The notes under the pieces: generated by a model
The model's database searches: none
Told to the model about the DNA's origin: nothing
What the model saw: only the letters and a program-made list of their open reading frames with translations
Shown: one piece after another, positions 1 through 8,701 of the stretch
Position numbering within the stretch: the first letter of the stretch is position 1
Layout: every line of letters begins with the position of its first letter
From: a virus
Taxonomy: Duplodnaviria; Heunggongvirae; Uroviricota; Caudoviricetes
DNA length: 10,910 nt
Strand: one strand, 5' to 3'
IMG/VR virus record: IMGVR_UViG_2859827302_000011
Position numbers and translations under genes: made by a program

Positions 1-504
1 TTACTGATAGTGTTTTATGTTCAGATAATGCCCGATGACCTTGTCATGCAGCTCCACCGATTTTGAGAACGACAGTGACTTCCGTCCCAGCCTTGCCAGA
101 TGTTGTCTCAGATTCAGATTATGTCGCTCAATGCGCTGAGTGTAACGCTTGCTGATAACGTGCAGCTTTCCCTTCAGGCGTGATTCATACAGCGGCCAGC
201 CATCCGTCATCCATACCACGACCTCAAAGGCCGACAGCAGGCTCAGAAGACGCTCCAGTGTGGCCAGAGTGCGTTCACCGAAGACGTGCGCCACAACCGT
301 CCTCCGTATCCTGTCATACGCGTAAAACAGCCAGCGCTGACGTGATTTAGCACCGACGTAGCCCCACTGTTCGTCCATTTCAGCGCAGACAATCACATCA
401 CTGCCCGGTTGTATGCGCGAGGTTACCGACTGCGGCCTGAGTTTTTTAAGTGACGTAAAACCGTGTTGAGGCCAACGCCCATAATGCGTGCACTGGCACG
501 ACAT
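1..504 (-). CDS. insB: IS1 InsB reading frame (transposase moiety, expressed as InsAB' fusion by -1 frameshift)
   Basis: ORF track 167-aa translation ends ...[15 protein letters not shown], characteristic of IS1 InsB; the stop codon is the reverse complement of bases 1-3. Confidence 0.85.
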   Translation of the reverse strand: MSCQCTHYGRWPQHGFTSLKKLRPQSVTSRIQPGSDVIVCAEMDEQWGYVGAKSRQRWLFYAYDRIRRTVVAHVFGERTLATLERLLSLLSAFEVVVWMTDGWPLYESRLKGKLHVISKRYTQRIERHNLNLRQHLARLGRKSLSFSKSVELHDKVIGHYLNIKHYQ

Positions 505-698
505 CCGACGCCATTCATGGCCATATCAATGATTTTCTGGTGCGTACCGGGCTGAGAGGCGGTGTAAGTGAACTGTAGTTGCCATGTTTTACGGCAATGA
601 GAGCAGAGATAGCGCTGATGTCCGGCAGTGCTTTTGCCGTTACGCACCACGCCTTCAGTAGCGGAGCAGGAAGGGCATCTGATGGAAATGGAAGCCAC
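423..698 (-). CDS. insA: IS1 InsA (transposition inhibitor / DNA-binding protein)
   Basis: 91-aa translation [43 protein letters not shown]... matches IS1 InsA, including its zinc-finger Cys pairs. Confidence 0.9.
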   Translation of the reverse strand: MASISIRCPSCSATEGVVRNGKSTAGHQRYLCSHCRKTWQLQFTYTASQPGTHQKIIDMAMNGVGCRASARIMGVGLNTVLRHLKNSGRSR

Positions 699-833
699 GC
701 AAGCACCTTAAAATCACCATCATACACTAAATCAGTAAGTTGGCAGCATTACCGTAATTTTCGAATTAATAATAAATCAACATATCATTTCACGCTCCGA
801 TTTTCTGTCGGAGGCGAAACTGCGGCTATTCAT

Positions 834-1139
834 ATGCACGAAAAAGAGAATCTTGCTGGAGCGTTCTGGCTCGTTTTGCTGATCATCGCAGGTTGGGGCG
901 GTCTGGTCCGCTACCTGATAGATGTGAAGCAGAGTAAAGCAACGTGGAGTTGGATAAATGCTCTGGCTCAGATAGTGGTATCAGGATTCACCGGTGTTAT
1001 TGGTGGCCTGATCAGCATCGAAAGTGGATTCAGTATTTACATGATTCTCGCGACAGCGGGGATTAGTGGTGCGATGGGTTCGGTTGCACTGACGTACTTC
1101 TGGGAACGACTGACAGGGGTGAAAAATGCAAAATCTTAA
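834..1139 (+). CDS. Putative phage holin (about 101 aa, three predicted transmembrane segments)
   Basis: ATG at 834 is the first start codon after the IS1 end. Hydrophobic stretches AGAFWLVLLIIAGWGGLV, WINALAQIVVSGFTGVIGGLI and FSIYMILATAGISGAMGSVALTYF. The stop at 1137-1139 overlaps the endolysin start at 1126, the usual holin-endolysin arrangement. No recognisable similarity to lambda S. The 579-833 part of the track ORF is read-through into IS1. Confidence 0.55.
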   Translation: MHEKENLAGAFWLVLLIIAGWGGLVRYLIDVKQSKATWSWINALAQIVVSGFTGVIGGLISIESGFSIYMILATAGISGAMGSVALTYFWERLTGVKNAKS

Positions 1140-1382
1140 TCCTCAGCGTAAAGCTTTCCTCGATATGGTGGCATGGTCAGAAGGAACGGATAACGGGCGA
1201 CAACCGACACGTAACCACGGTTATGATATTATTGTCGGTGGTGAACTCTTCACTGATTACTCCGATCACCCTCGCAAACTTGTCACGCTAAACCCCAAAC
1301 TCAAATCAACAGCTGCAGGCCGTTATCAACTTCTTTCACGCTGGTGGGATGCTTACCGCAAGCAGCTTGGGCTGAAAGACTT
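1126..1382 (+). pseudogene. R: Lambda R-type endolysin (lytic transglycosylase), 3' truncated by IS911 after about codon 86
   Basis: MQNLNPQRKAFLDMVAWSEGTDNGRQPTRNHGYDIIVGGELFTDYSDHPRKLVTLNPKLKSTAAGRYQLLSRWWDAYRKQLGLKDF closely matches the N-terminal half of lambda R as I recall it. The frame then runs into the IS911 left end (tgaagtgg... from 1383) and stops at 1398, so about 70 C-terminal residues are missing. Confidence 0.85.
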
Positions 1383-1454
1383 TGAAGTGGCACACTGAAT
1401 TTGGCCACCTGAACAGAGGTGATATGCTCACCTCAGAACAACACAGGTGCTCCA

Positions 1455-2623
<1,169 letters not shown>

Positions 2624-2948
2624 CCACTTCAGGTCGGTCATGAGCACTAAATTAACCGGCTATGTATGGGATGGTTGCGCTGCATCAGGCATGAAGTTAT
2701 CCAGCGTGGCAATTATGGCCCGCCTGGCTGATTTCAGTAATGACGAAGGTGTGTGCTGGCCATCAATTGAAACCATTGCCCGTCAGATTGGCGCGGGGAT
2801 GAGTACCGTCAGAACGGCTATCGCACGGCTGGAAGCAGAAGGCTGGTTAACGCGTAAGGCGCGTCGCCAGGGTAACCGCAATGCGTCGAATGTTTATCAG
2901 CTTAACGTTGCGAAGCTTCAGGCAGCGGCATTTTCTCAACTGTCAGAT

Positions 2949-3008
2949 TCTGACCCGTCAAAATCTGACGCATCAAAATCTGACCCGTCAAAATTTGATG
3001 CGTCGAAA
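2949..3008 (+). repeat. Four tandem 15-bp direct repeats (tctgacccgtcaaaa / tctgacgcatcaaaa / tctgacccgtcaaaa / tttgatgcgtcgaaa) inside the replication gene; putative origin iterons
   Basis: Direct reading of the sequence; the repeats encode the pentapeptide reiteration SDPSK-SDASK-SDPSK-FDASK. Further CCGTCAG motifs occur at 5482, 5503 and 5527 beyond the IS, followed by an A-rich stretch. The analogy is to the lambda origin, which lies as iterons inside gene O. Confidence 0.5.
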
Positions 3009-3014
3009 TCTGGC

Positions 3015-3022
3015 AAAAAAGC
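3015..3022. repeat. 8-bp target-site duplication (aaaaaagc), left copy, of the IS66-family insertion
   Basis: Identical octamer at 5464-5471 immediately outside the other IS end; 8 bp is the IS66-family duplication length. Confidence 0.85.
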
Positions 3023-3093
3023 GTAAGCGTACAGCCTGAACCGTCTGGTCAGAATCTGACGAATTAGACAAAGTGGTGTCCACCAAATAAGTA

Positions 3094-3495
3094 GTGGGAA
3101 CCAAAGTGTCAGATATGCAGAAAAATGTGAATCCCGGCAGGCGAAAAGGCTGCCCTAATTATCCTCCCGAATTTAAACAGCAGCTCGTTGCTGCCTCCTG
3201 TGAACCCGGGATATCCATCTCAAAACTTGCTCTTGAAAATGGCATTAACGCCAATCTGTTGTTCAAATGGCGACAACAATGGCGCGAGGGAAAGCTGCTA
3301 TTACCTTCTTCAGAGAGCCCCCAGCTACTTCCTGTGACTCTCGATGCAGCTGCCGAACAGCCAGAATCGCTCGCAGAGGATCCGGAAACCCTCAGTATCA
3401 GCTGTGAGGTAACGTTCCGGCACGGGACGCTCCGCTTCAATGGCAATGTCAGCGAAAAGCTCCTGACTCTGCTGATACAGGAACTGAAGCGATGA
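3094..3495 (+). CDS. tnpA: IS66-family TnpA (orf1 accessory protein)
   Basis: First ORF of the IS66-type triplet, with a helix-turn-helix-like segment (PEFKQQLVAASCEPGISISKLALENGINANLLFKWRQQW); its stop overlaps the tnpB start (ATGA at 3492-3495). Start uncertain: GTG at 3094 or ATG at 3115. Confidence 0.75.
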   Translation: MGTKVSDMQKNVNPGRRKGCPNYPPEFKQQLVAASCEPGISISKLALENGINANLLFKWRQQWREGKLLLPSSESPQLLPVTLDAAAEQPESLAEDPETLSISCEVTFRHGTLRFNGNVSEKLLTLLIQELKR

Positions 3496-3839
3496 TCCCG
3501 TTACCTTCCGGGACCAAAATTTGGCTGGTTGCCGGTATCACCGATATGAGAAATGGCTTCAACGGCCTGGCGGCAAAGGTGCAGACGACGCTGAAAGACG
3601 CTCCGATGTCAGGTCACGTTTTTATCTTCCGTGGGCGTAATGGCAGTCAGGTAAAGCTCCTCTGGTCTACCGGCGATGGACTGTGTCTGCTGACCAAACG
3701 GCTGGAGCGCGGCCGCTTCGCCTGGCCGTCAGCCCGGGATGGCAAAGTGTTCCTCACACCGGCACAGCTGGCGATGCTCCTTGAAGGTATCGACTGGCGG
3801 CAGCCTAAAAGACTGCTTACGTCCCTGACTATGTTGTAA
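3492..3839 (+). CDS. tnpB: IS66-family TnpB (orf2)
   Basis: MIPLPSGTKIWLVAGITDMRNGFNGLAAKVQTTLKDAPMSGHVFIFRGRNGSQVKLLWSTGDGLCLLTKRLERGRFAWP is the highly conserved IS66 Orf2 signature. Confidence 0.9.
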   Translation: MIPLPSGTKIWLVAGITDMRNGFNGLAAKVQTTLKDAPMSGHVFIFRGRNGSQVKLLWSTGDGLCLLTKRLERGRFAWPSARDGKVFLTPAQLAMLLEGIDWRQPKRLLTSLTML

Positions 3840-3887
3840 GCCTCTTTATCCTGGTCGACGCTGAATGAGCCTGGTAATATACCCGGT

Positions 3888-5426
3888 ATGAGCAGCTCAC
3901 TTCCTGACGATATCAATGCACTGAAACGTCTCCTTGCCGAACAGGAGGCGCTGAACCGTGCCCTGCTGGAAAAGCTGAACGAGCGTGAACGCGAAATAGA
4001 CCATCTGCAGGCACAGCTGGATAAGCTGCGCCGGATGAACTTCGGCAGCCGCTCCGAAAAAGTCTCCCGTCGTATCGCACAGATGGAAGCTGACCTGAAG
4101 GCACTTCAGAAAGAAAGTGATACCCTTACCGGTCGGGTTGACGACCCGGCCGTGCAGCGCCCGCTGCGTCAAACCCGCACCCGCAAACCGTTCCCCGAAT
4201 CACTCCCCCGCGATGAAAAACGGCTGCTGCCGGCAGCGTCATGCTGCCCGGAATGTGGAGGCTCACTGAGCTATCCGGGTGAGGATGCCGCCGAACAGCT
4301 GGAGTTGATGCGCAGCGTCTTCCGGGTTATCCGGACTGTACGTGAAAAGCATGCCTGTACTCAGTGCGATGCCATCGTGCAGGCCCCCGCGCCTTCACGG
4401 CCCATCGAGCGGGGTATCGCAGGACCGGGGCTGCTGGCCCGCGTGCTGATCTCAAAGTATGCAGAGCACACCCCGCTGTACCGCCAGTCTGAAATGTACG
4501 GCCGCCAGGGCGTGGAGCTGAGTCGTTCACTGCTGTCGGGCTGGGTGGATGCATGCTGCCGGCTACTGTCACCGCTGGAAGAAGCGCTTCAGGATTATGT
4601 GCTGACTGACGGTAAGCTCCATGCTGATGACACGCCTGTCCCGGTGCTGTTGCCAGGCAATAAGAAAACGAAGACCGGGCGGTTATGGACCTACGTTCGT
4701 GACGACCGTAACGCCGGGTCAACGCTGGCGCCGGCGGTGTGGTTCGCTTACAGCCCGGACAGAAAAGGCATCCATCCGCAGACCCATCTTGCGGGGTTCA
4801 GTGGTGTACTGCAGGCGGATGCATACGCCGGGTTCAACGAGCTGTACCGGGATGGCCGGATAACGGAAGCCGCCTGTTGGGCTCACGCCCGCCGTAAAAT
4901 CCACGATGTGCACGTTCGCACCCCGTCAGCCCTGACGGAGGAAGCGCTGAAACGGATCGGCGAACTGTACGCCATCGAGGCAGAGATAAGGGGAATGACG
5001 GCGGAGCAGCGCCTTGCCGAACGTCAGTTGAAAACGAAACCGCTGCTGAAATCCCTGGAAAGCTGGCTGCGTGAAAAGATGAAAACCCTGTCGCGACACT
5101 CAGAACTGGCGAAAGCGTTCGCATACGCCCTGAACCAGTGGCCGGCGCTGACGTACTATGCAGATGATGGCTGGGCTGAGGCGGACAATAACATCGCTGA
5201 AAATGCGTTGCGGATGGTCAGTCTGGGCCGCAAAAACTACCTGTTCTTCGGTTCGGATCATGGAGGAGAGCGGGGAGCGCTGCTGTACAGCCTGATCGGG
5301 ACGTGCAAACTGAACGGAGTGGAGCCAGAAAGCTACCTCCGCTATGTCCTTGACGTCATAGCCGACTGGCCGATAAACCGGGTCGGCGAACTGCTCCCCT
5401 GGCGCGTAGCACTGCCGACTGAATAA
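3888..5426 (+). CDS. tnpC: IS66-family transposase TnpC (orf3)
   Basis: 512 aa with an N-terminal coiled-coil/leucine-zipper region, a CPECGG...CTQCD zinc-finger motif and a DDE-type catalytic region; length and order match IS66 transposases. Confidence 0.9.
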   Translation: MSSSLPDDINALKRLLAEQEALNRALLEKLNEREREIDHLQAQLDKLRRMNFGSRSEKVSRRIAQMEADLKALQKESDTLTGRVDDPAVQRPLRQTRTRKPFPESLPRDEKRLLPAASCCPECGGSLSYPGEDAAEQLELMRSVFRVIRTVREKHACTQCDAIVQAPAPSRPIERGIAGPGLLARVLISKYAEHTPLYRQSEMYGRQGVELSRSLLSGWVDACCRLLSPLEEALQDYVLTDGKLHADDTPVPVLLPGNKKTKTGRLWTYVRDDRNAGSTLAPAVWFAYSPDRKGIHPQTHLAGFSGVLQADAYAGFNELYRDGRITEAACWAHARRKIHDVHVRTPSALTEEALKRIGELYAIEAEIRGMTAEQRLAERQLKTKPLLKSLESWLREKMKTLSRHSELAKAFAYALNQWPALTYYADDGWAEADNNIAENALRMVSLGRKNYLFFGSDHGGERGALLYSLIGTCKLNGVEPESYLRYVLDVIADWPINRVGELLPWRVALPTE

Positions 5427-5463
5427 CACATCCCCGTCAATACGGTTCTTGCTGCACGCTTAC

Positions 5464-5471
5464 AAAAAAGC
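5464..5471. repeat. 8-bp target-site duplication (aaaaaagc), right copy, of the IS66-family insertion
   Basis: Identical to 3015-3022. Confidence 0.85.
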
Positions 5472-6030
5472 GGGTTTTCACCCGTCAGAATCTGGCGGGG
5501 ATCCGTCAGTAAAATCAAAACATGATCCGTCAGATAAAAAACCTTCTCGTCCGGACGCTTCGCAACCGGACACGCAGACGGCTGAACAGGATTTTTTAAC
5601 TCGCCATCCTGATGCGGTTGTATTCAGCCCTAAAAAGCGCCAGTGGGGGACGCAGGATGATTTGACCTGCGCACAGTGGCTCTGGAAAAAAATCATCGCC
5701 CTGTACGAGCAGGCTGCCGAATGTGACGGCGAGGTGGTTCGTCCCAAAGAACCGAACTGGACAGCCTGGGCAAACGAAATTCGCCTGATGTGTGTACAGG
5801 ATGGCCGTACTCACAAACAAATCTGCGAGATGTACAGCCGCGTCAGCCGCGATCCGTTCTGGTGCCGTAACGTGCTCAGCCCGTCGAAGTTGCGGGAAAA
5901 ATGGGATGAGCTTTCCCTGCGCTTATCGCCGTCCGTCAGCACGCACACAGAAAAACGTGAAGACCCGTACTTCAAAGCCAGTTACGACAACGTGGACTAC
6001 AGCCAGATCCCGGCAGGATTCAGGGGGTGA
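5464..6030 (+). pseudogene. Phage replication initiator (O-like), 3' fragment downstream of the IS66-family insertion
   Basis: Removing 3023-5463 plus one copy of the 8-bp duplication joins ...SGKKA in frame to GFHPSESGGDPSVKSK..., giving one uninterrupted 313-codon ORF (2640..3022 + 5472..6030). The track ORF start at 5449 is a TTG inside the IS66 end and is not a real start. Confidence 0.7.
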
Positions 6031-6032
6031 GC

Positions 6033-6521
6033 ATGAGTCTTTTGAATGACGTTCAGAAATTCATTGAAGCCCATCCGGGGTGTACTTCCGGAGACATTGC
6101 GGATGCTTTTGCAGGTTACTCACGGCAGCGCGTTCTGCAGTCTGCAAGCAAGTTACGTCAGAGTGGGCGTGTGGCTCACCGTTGTGAAGGAGATACACGC
6201 AGACATTTCCCGCGCCTGACTGAGAGAGCGCAGGAACCGGGACCACAATCAGTTCGAGAAACCAGACCTGTGCGCAATTTCTATGTCGGCACTAACGATC
6301 CCCGGGTGATTTTGTGCCTGACCCGCCAGGCTGAAGAACTGGAGTCCAGGGGCTTATACCGTCGTGCTGCAACGGTGTGGATGGCGGCATTCCGTGAAAG
6401 CCACTCCCAGCCAGAACGAAACAATTTTCTGGCGCGTCGTGAGCGGTGCTTACGGAAAAGCAGCAAGCGCGCTGTATCGGGTGATGAGTGGTATCTGTCA
6501 GGGAATTACGTGGGGGCTTAA
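6033..6521 (+). CDS. Hypothetical protein (162 aa), unassigned; sits in the slot after the replication initiator
   Basis: ATG at 6033 preceded by AGGGGG (6022-6027); its stop overlaps the next start (TAATG, 6519-6523). The N-terminal roughly 50 aa (MSLLNDVQKFIEAHPGCTSGDIADAFAGYSRQRVLQSASKLRQSGRV) look winged-helix-like. I do not recognise the family. Confidence 0.5.
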   Translation: MSLLNDVQKFIEAHPGCTSGDIADAFAGYSRQRVLQSASKLRQSGRVAHRCEGDTRRHFPRLTERAQEPGPQSVRETRPVRNFYVGTNDPRVILCLTRQAEELESRGLYRRAATVWMAAFRESHSQPERNNFLARRERCLRKSSKRAVSGDEWYLSGNYVGA

Positions 6522-7174
6522 TGAGTAATAAATATTGCCAGGCGCTGGTGGAGTTGCGAAACAAACCAGCCCATGAACTGAAGGAAGTGGGCGATCAGTG
6601 GCGCACACCGGACAACATTTTCTGGGGAATTAACACCCTGTTTGGCCCGTTTGTTCTGGATCTGTTTACTGACGGTGATAACGCCAAATGTGCCGCGTAT
6701 TACACGGCGGAAGACAACGCGCTGGCGCATGACTGGTCAGAACGTCTTGCGGAGCTTAAAGGTGCTGCCTTTGGAAATCCTCCATACAGCCGCGCCAGTC
6801 AGCATGAGGGGCAATACATCACCGGCATGCGTTACATCATGAAACATGCCAGTGCCATGCGTGATAAGGGCGGGCGCTATGTTTTCCTGATCAAAGCTGC
6901 CACCAGCGAAGTGTGGTGGCCGGAAGATGCGGATCATATTGCTTTTATTCGCGGGCGTATTGGTTTTGAACTGCCTGCCTGGTTTATCCCGAAAGACGAG
7001 AAGCAGGTGCCAACCGGTGCTTTCTTCGCTGGTGCTATTGCCGTTTTCGACAAGACCTGGAAGGGACCGGCAATCAGCTACATCGGGCGCGATGAACTTG
7101 AGGCATGTGGTGAGGCCTTTCTGGCGCAAGTTCGCCAGCAGGCAGAAAAACTTGTCAGGGAGATGGCGGCATGA
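6521..7174 (+). CDS. Phage DNA N6-adenine methyltransferase (Dam-like)
   Basis: Contains the amino-methyltransferase catalytic motif NPPY (AFGNPPYS); size and position match the methyltransferase commonly found in lambdoid nin regions; start overlaps the upstream stop and its own stop overlaps the next start (ATGA at 7171-7174). Confidence 0.7.
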   Translation: MSNKYCQALVELRNKPAHELKEVGDQWRTPDNIFWGINTLFGPFVLDLFTDGDNAKCAAYYTAEDNALAHDWSERLAELKGAAFGNPPYSRASQHEGQYITGMRYIMKHASAMRDKGGRYVFLIKAATSEVWWPEDADHIAFIRGRIGFELPAWFIPKDEKQVPTGAFFAGAIAVFDKTWKGPAISYIGRDELEACGEAFLAQVRQQAEKLVREMAA

Positions 7175-7497
7175 CGACGTTAACTCAATGCCAGCAGCAG
7201 GTGCTGGATATGCTGATTTCTTACCAGAAAGAACGTGGCTTCCCGCCAACCAATCAGGAGGTGGCAACCATGCTGGGATACCGTTCAGTGAATGCAGCGG
7301 TGGAGCATCTTAGAGCACTGGAGAAAAAAGGCGTCATCACGATAAAGCGTGGTGTGGCCCGTGGTATCACTCTTCATACCGCGGTGAAGGACGACGACAG
7401 CGAGGCGGTCGGGATTATCCGCTCACTGCTTGCCGGTGAGGAAAACGCCAGGCTGCGTGCAGCCCACTGGTTACATGAGAGGGGCCTGAAAGTATGA
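7171..7497 (+). CDS. LexA N-terminal DNA-binding-domain homolog lacking the S24 peptidase/dimerisation domain (108 aa)
   Basis: LTQCQQQVLDMLISYQKERGFPPTNQEVATMLGYRSVNAAVEHLRALEKKGVITIKRGVARGITL aligns by eye with the E. coli LexA N-terminus ([65 protein letters not shown], from memory). The protein ends about 40 residues later, with no Ala-Gly cleavage site or Ser/Lys dyad region. Confidence 0.8.
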   Translation: MTTLTQCQQQVLDMLISYQKERGFPPTNQEVATMLGYRSVNAAVEHLRALEKKGVITIKRGVARGITLHTAVKDDDSEAVGIIRSLLAGEENARLRAAHWLHERGLKV

Positions 7498-7883
7498 AGC
7501 TAATACTGCCTTTTCCGCCCAGCGTGAACACGTACTGGCGACACCCCAACAAAGGGGCGTTTGCTGGTAAGAGCCTGATAAGCGCAGCGGGGCGCAAATT
7601 CCAGAGCGCGGCGTGTGCAGCAATAGTTGAGCAGTTACGTCGTCTGCCAAAACCAACGTCGGCACCTGCTTCAGTGGAGATCGTGTTGTTTCCTCCGGAT
7701 AACCGGATCCGCGATCTGAACAACTATAACAAGGCGCTGTTTGACGCCCTGACCCACGCGGGTGTGTGGGAAGACGACAGTCAGGTGAAAAGAATGCTGG
7801 TGGAGTGGGGACCGGTTATCCCGGAAGGGAAGGTCGAGATCACTATCAGTAAGTACGAGAAACCGGCGGGTGCAGCAGCCTGA
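7494..7883 (+). CDS. rusA: RusA-family Holliday junction resolvase
   Basis: LILPFPPSVNTYWRH and RDLNNYNKALFDALTHAGVWEDDSQV match the RusA motifs (ITLPWPPSNNRYYRH ... [26 protein letters not shown], from memory); start overlaps the upstream stop (ATGA). Confidence 0.9.
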   Translation: MKLILPFPPSVNTYWRHPNKGAFAGKSLISAAGRKFQSAACAAIVEQLRRLPKPTSAPASVEIVLFPPDNRIRDLNNYNKALFDALTHAGVWEDDSQVKRMLVEWGPVIPEGKVEITISKYEKPAGAAA

Positions 7884-7902
7884 TTAAGAGGAGAAACGAA
7901 GT

Positions 7903-8700
7903 ATGAATAATCTGATGGTTATTGATGGAATTGAAGTTCGTCGTGATGCTTATGGGCGTTACAGCCTGAACGATCTGCACAGGGCTGCTGGTTCTCTGGA
8001 TAAGCATAAGCCTGCATTCTGGCTCCGCAATGAGCAAACTGAACGTTTAATAAGCGAGTTGCAGATTTGCAACTCGGTCAATATAGAACCAGTTAACGTT
8101 ATTCGTGGCGGAAATAACCAAGGGACGTATGTCTGCAAAGAACTGGTGTATGCCTATGCAATGTGGATCAGCCCGTCATTCCATCTGAAGGTGATCCGTA
8201 CTTTCGACATGGTAACCAGTGCACCGGAAAAATTATCCGGACAGGCTGCTGACAAGATGCAGGCTGGTGTGATTCTGCTGGACTTTATGCGCCGGGAATT
8301 AAACCTGTCTAACTCTTCAGTGCTTGGAGCCTGTCAGAAACTCCAGGAGGCTGTTGGCTTACCGAATCTGGCACCGCGCTATGCCATTGATGCTCCTGCT
8401 GACGCGCCTGATGGCTCAAGCCGCCCCACGCTGTCACTGAGTGCACTGCTGAAGCAGTATGGTATCCGCCTTACGGCTAATCAGGCATATCACCAGATGG
8501 CGAAGCTGGGGATCGTCGAACAGCGCGAACGATACAGCCGTACAGCGATTAACAACATCAAAAAATTCTGGTCGCTGACAGCGAAAGGCTGCATGTTCGG
8601 CAAGAATATCACCAGTCCCGCAAATCCGCGTGAGACGCAGCCGCATTTCTTCGAATCCCGATTCCCTGAGCTGTTAAAGCTGCTCGATACCGTTCATTGA
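7903..8700 (+). CDS. KilA-N domain protein (Roi/antirepressor-like), 265 aa
   Basis: The N-terminal region (MVIDGIEVRRDAYGRYSLNDLHRAAG...KPAFWLRNEQTERLISEL...YVCKELVYAYAMWISPSFHLKVIRTFD) has the KilA-N fold signature; an AGGAG ribosome-binding site precedes the ATG at 7903; this is the usual position for a roi-like gene in a lambdoid nin region. Confidence 0.7.
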   Translation: MNNLMVIDGIEVRRDAYGRYSLNDLHRAAGSLDKHKPAFWLRNEQTERLISELQICNSVNIEPVNVIRGGNNQGTYVCKELVYAYAMWISPSFHLKVIRTFDMVTSAPEKLSGQAADKMQAGVILLDFMRRELNLSNSSVLGACQKLQEAVGLPNLAPRYAIDAPADAPDGSSRPTLSLSALLKQYGIRLTANQAYHQMAKLGIVEQRERYSRTAINNIKKFWSLTAKGCMFGKNITSPANPRETQPHFFESRFPELLKLLDTVH

Positions 8701-8701
8701 G

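Larger units (their letters stand above)
1..753 (-). mobile_element. IS1: IS1 insertion sequence, copy A; the window starts 15 bp inside the insB-proximal end, so that terminal repeat is missing
   Basis: Translations match IS1 InsA (423-698) and InsB (1-504) on the minus strand; the A6C frameshift motif is present as its reverse complement (gtttttt, 441-447); the element ends with the IS1 terminal repeat ...atcagtaagttggcagcattacc at 753. Bases 1-294 are identical to 10617-10910. Confidence 0.95.
2640..3022 (+). pseudogene. Phage replication initiator (O-like, N-terminal helix-turn-helix/winged-helix domain), 5' fragment interrupted by the IS66-family insertion
   Basis: MSTKLTGYVWDGCAASGMKLSSVAIMARLADFSNDEGVCWPSIETIARQIGAGMSTVRTAIARLEAEGWLTRKARRQG... 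is typical of lambdoid prophage replication-initiator N-terminal domains. The frame stops at the taa created by the IS66 left end (3024-3026). The start at 2640 lies 8 bp beyond the IS911 right end, so the native promoter region is gone. Confidence 0.75.
3023..5463 (+). mobile_element. IS66-family insertion sequence (ISEc8-like), 2441 bp, three-ORF organisation tnpA-tnpB-tnpC
   Basis: Terminal inverted repeats GTAAGCGTACAGCCTGAACCGT... (3023-) and ...ACGGTTCTTGCTGCACGCTTAC (-5463); perfect 8-bp flanking direct repeats; three consecutive ORFs with IS66-type products. Confidence 0.9.

Noticed and set aside
579-833. 5' part of the 186-aa + strand ORF that runs from inside IS1 into the holin
   Set aside because: The frame is open across the IS1 end only by chance; the plausible holin start is the ATG at 834, and the upstream residues are translated from IS1 terminal sequence.
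2949-3008. Tandem 15-bp repeats considered as a possible CRISPR array
   Set aside because: Units are 15 bp, contiguous with no spacers, imperfect, and in frame inside a coding sequence; they fit protein-linker repeats or origin iterons instead.
4327-5429. Several minus-strand ORFs of 96-131 aa inside the IS66 transposase gene
   Set aside because: Antisense to a clearly conserved tnpC; the GC-rich sequence gives long spurious open frames.
5449-5463. Apparent start of the 193-aa ORF at 5449
   Set aside because: It is a TTG lying within the IS66 right terminal repeat; the ORF is the 3' fragment of the interrupted replication gene, not an independent gene.
6737-7267. 176-aa ORF on the minus strand
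   Set aside because: Lies entirely antisense to the methyltransferase and LexA-like genes, which carry recognisable motifs and translational coupling; shadow ORF with no family signature.
6927-7313. 128-aa + strand ORF in an alternative frame overlapping the methyltransferase and LexA-like genes
   Set aside because: Overlaps two better-supported genes out of frame and has Arg/Ser-rich, low-complexity composition typical of off-frame translation.
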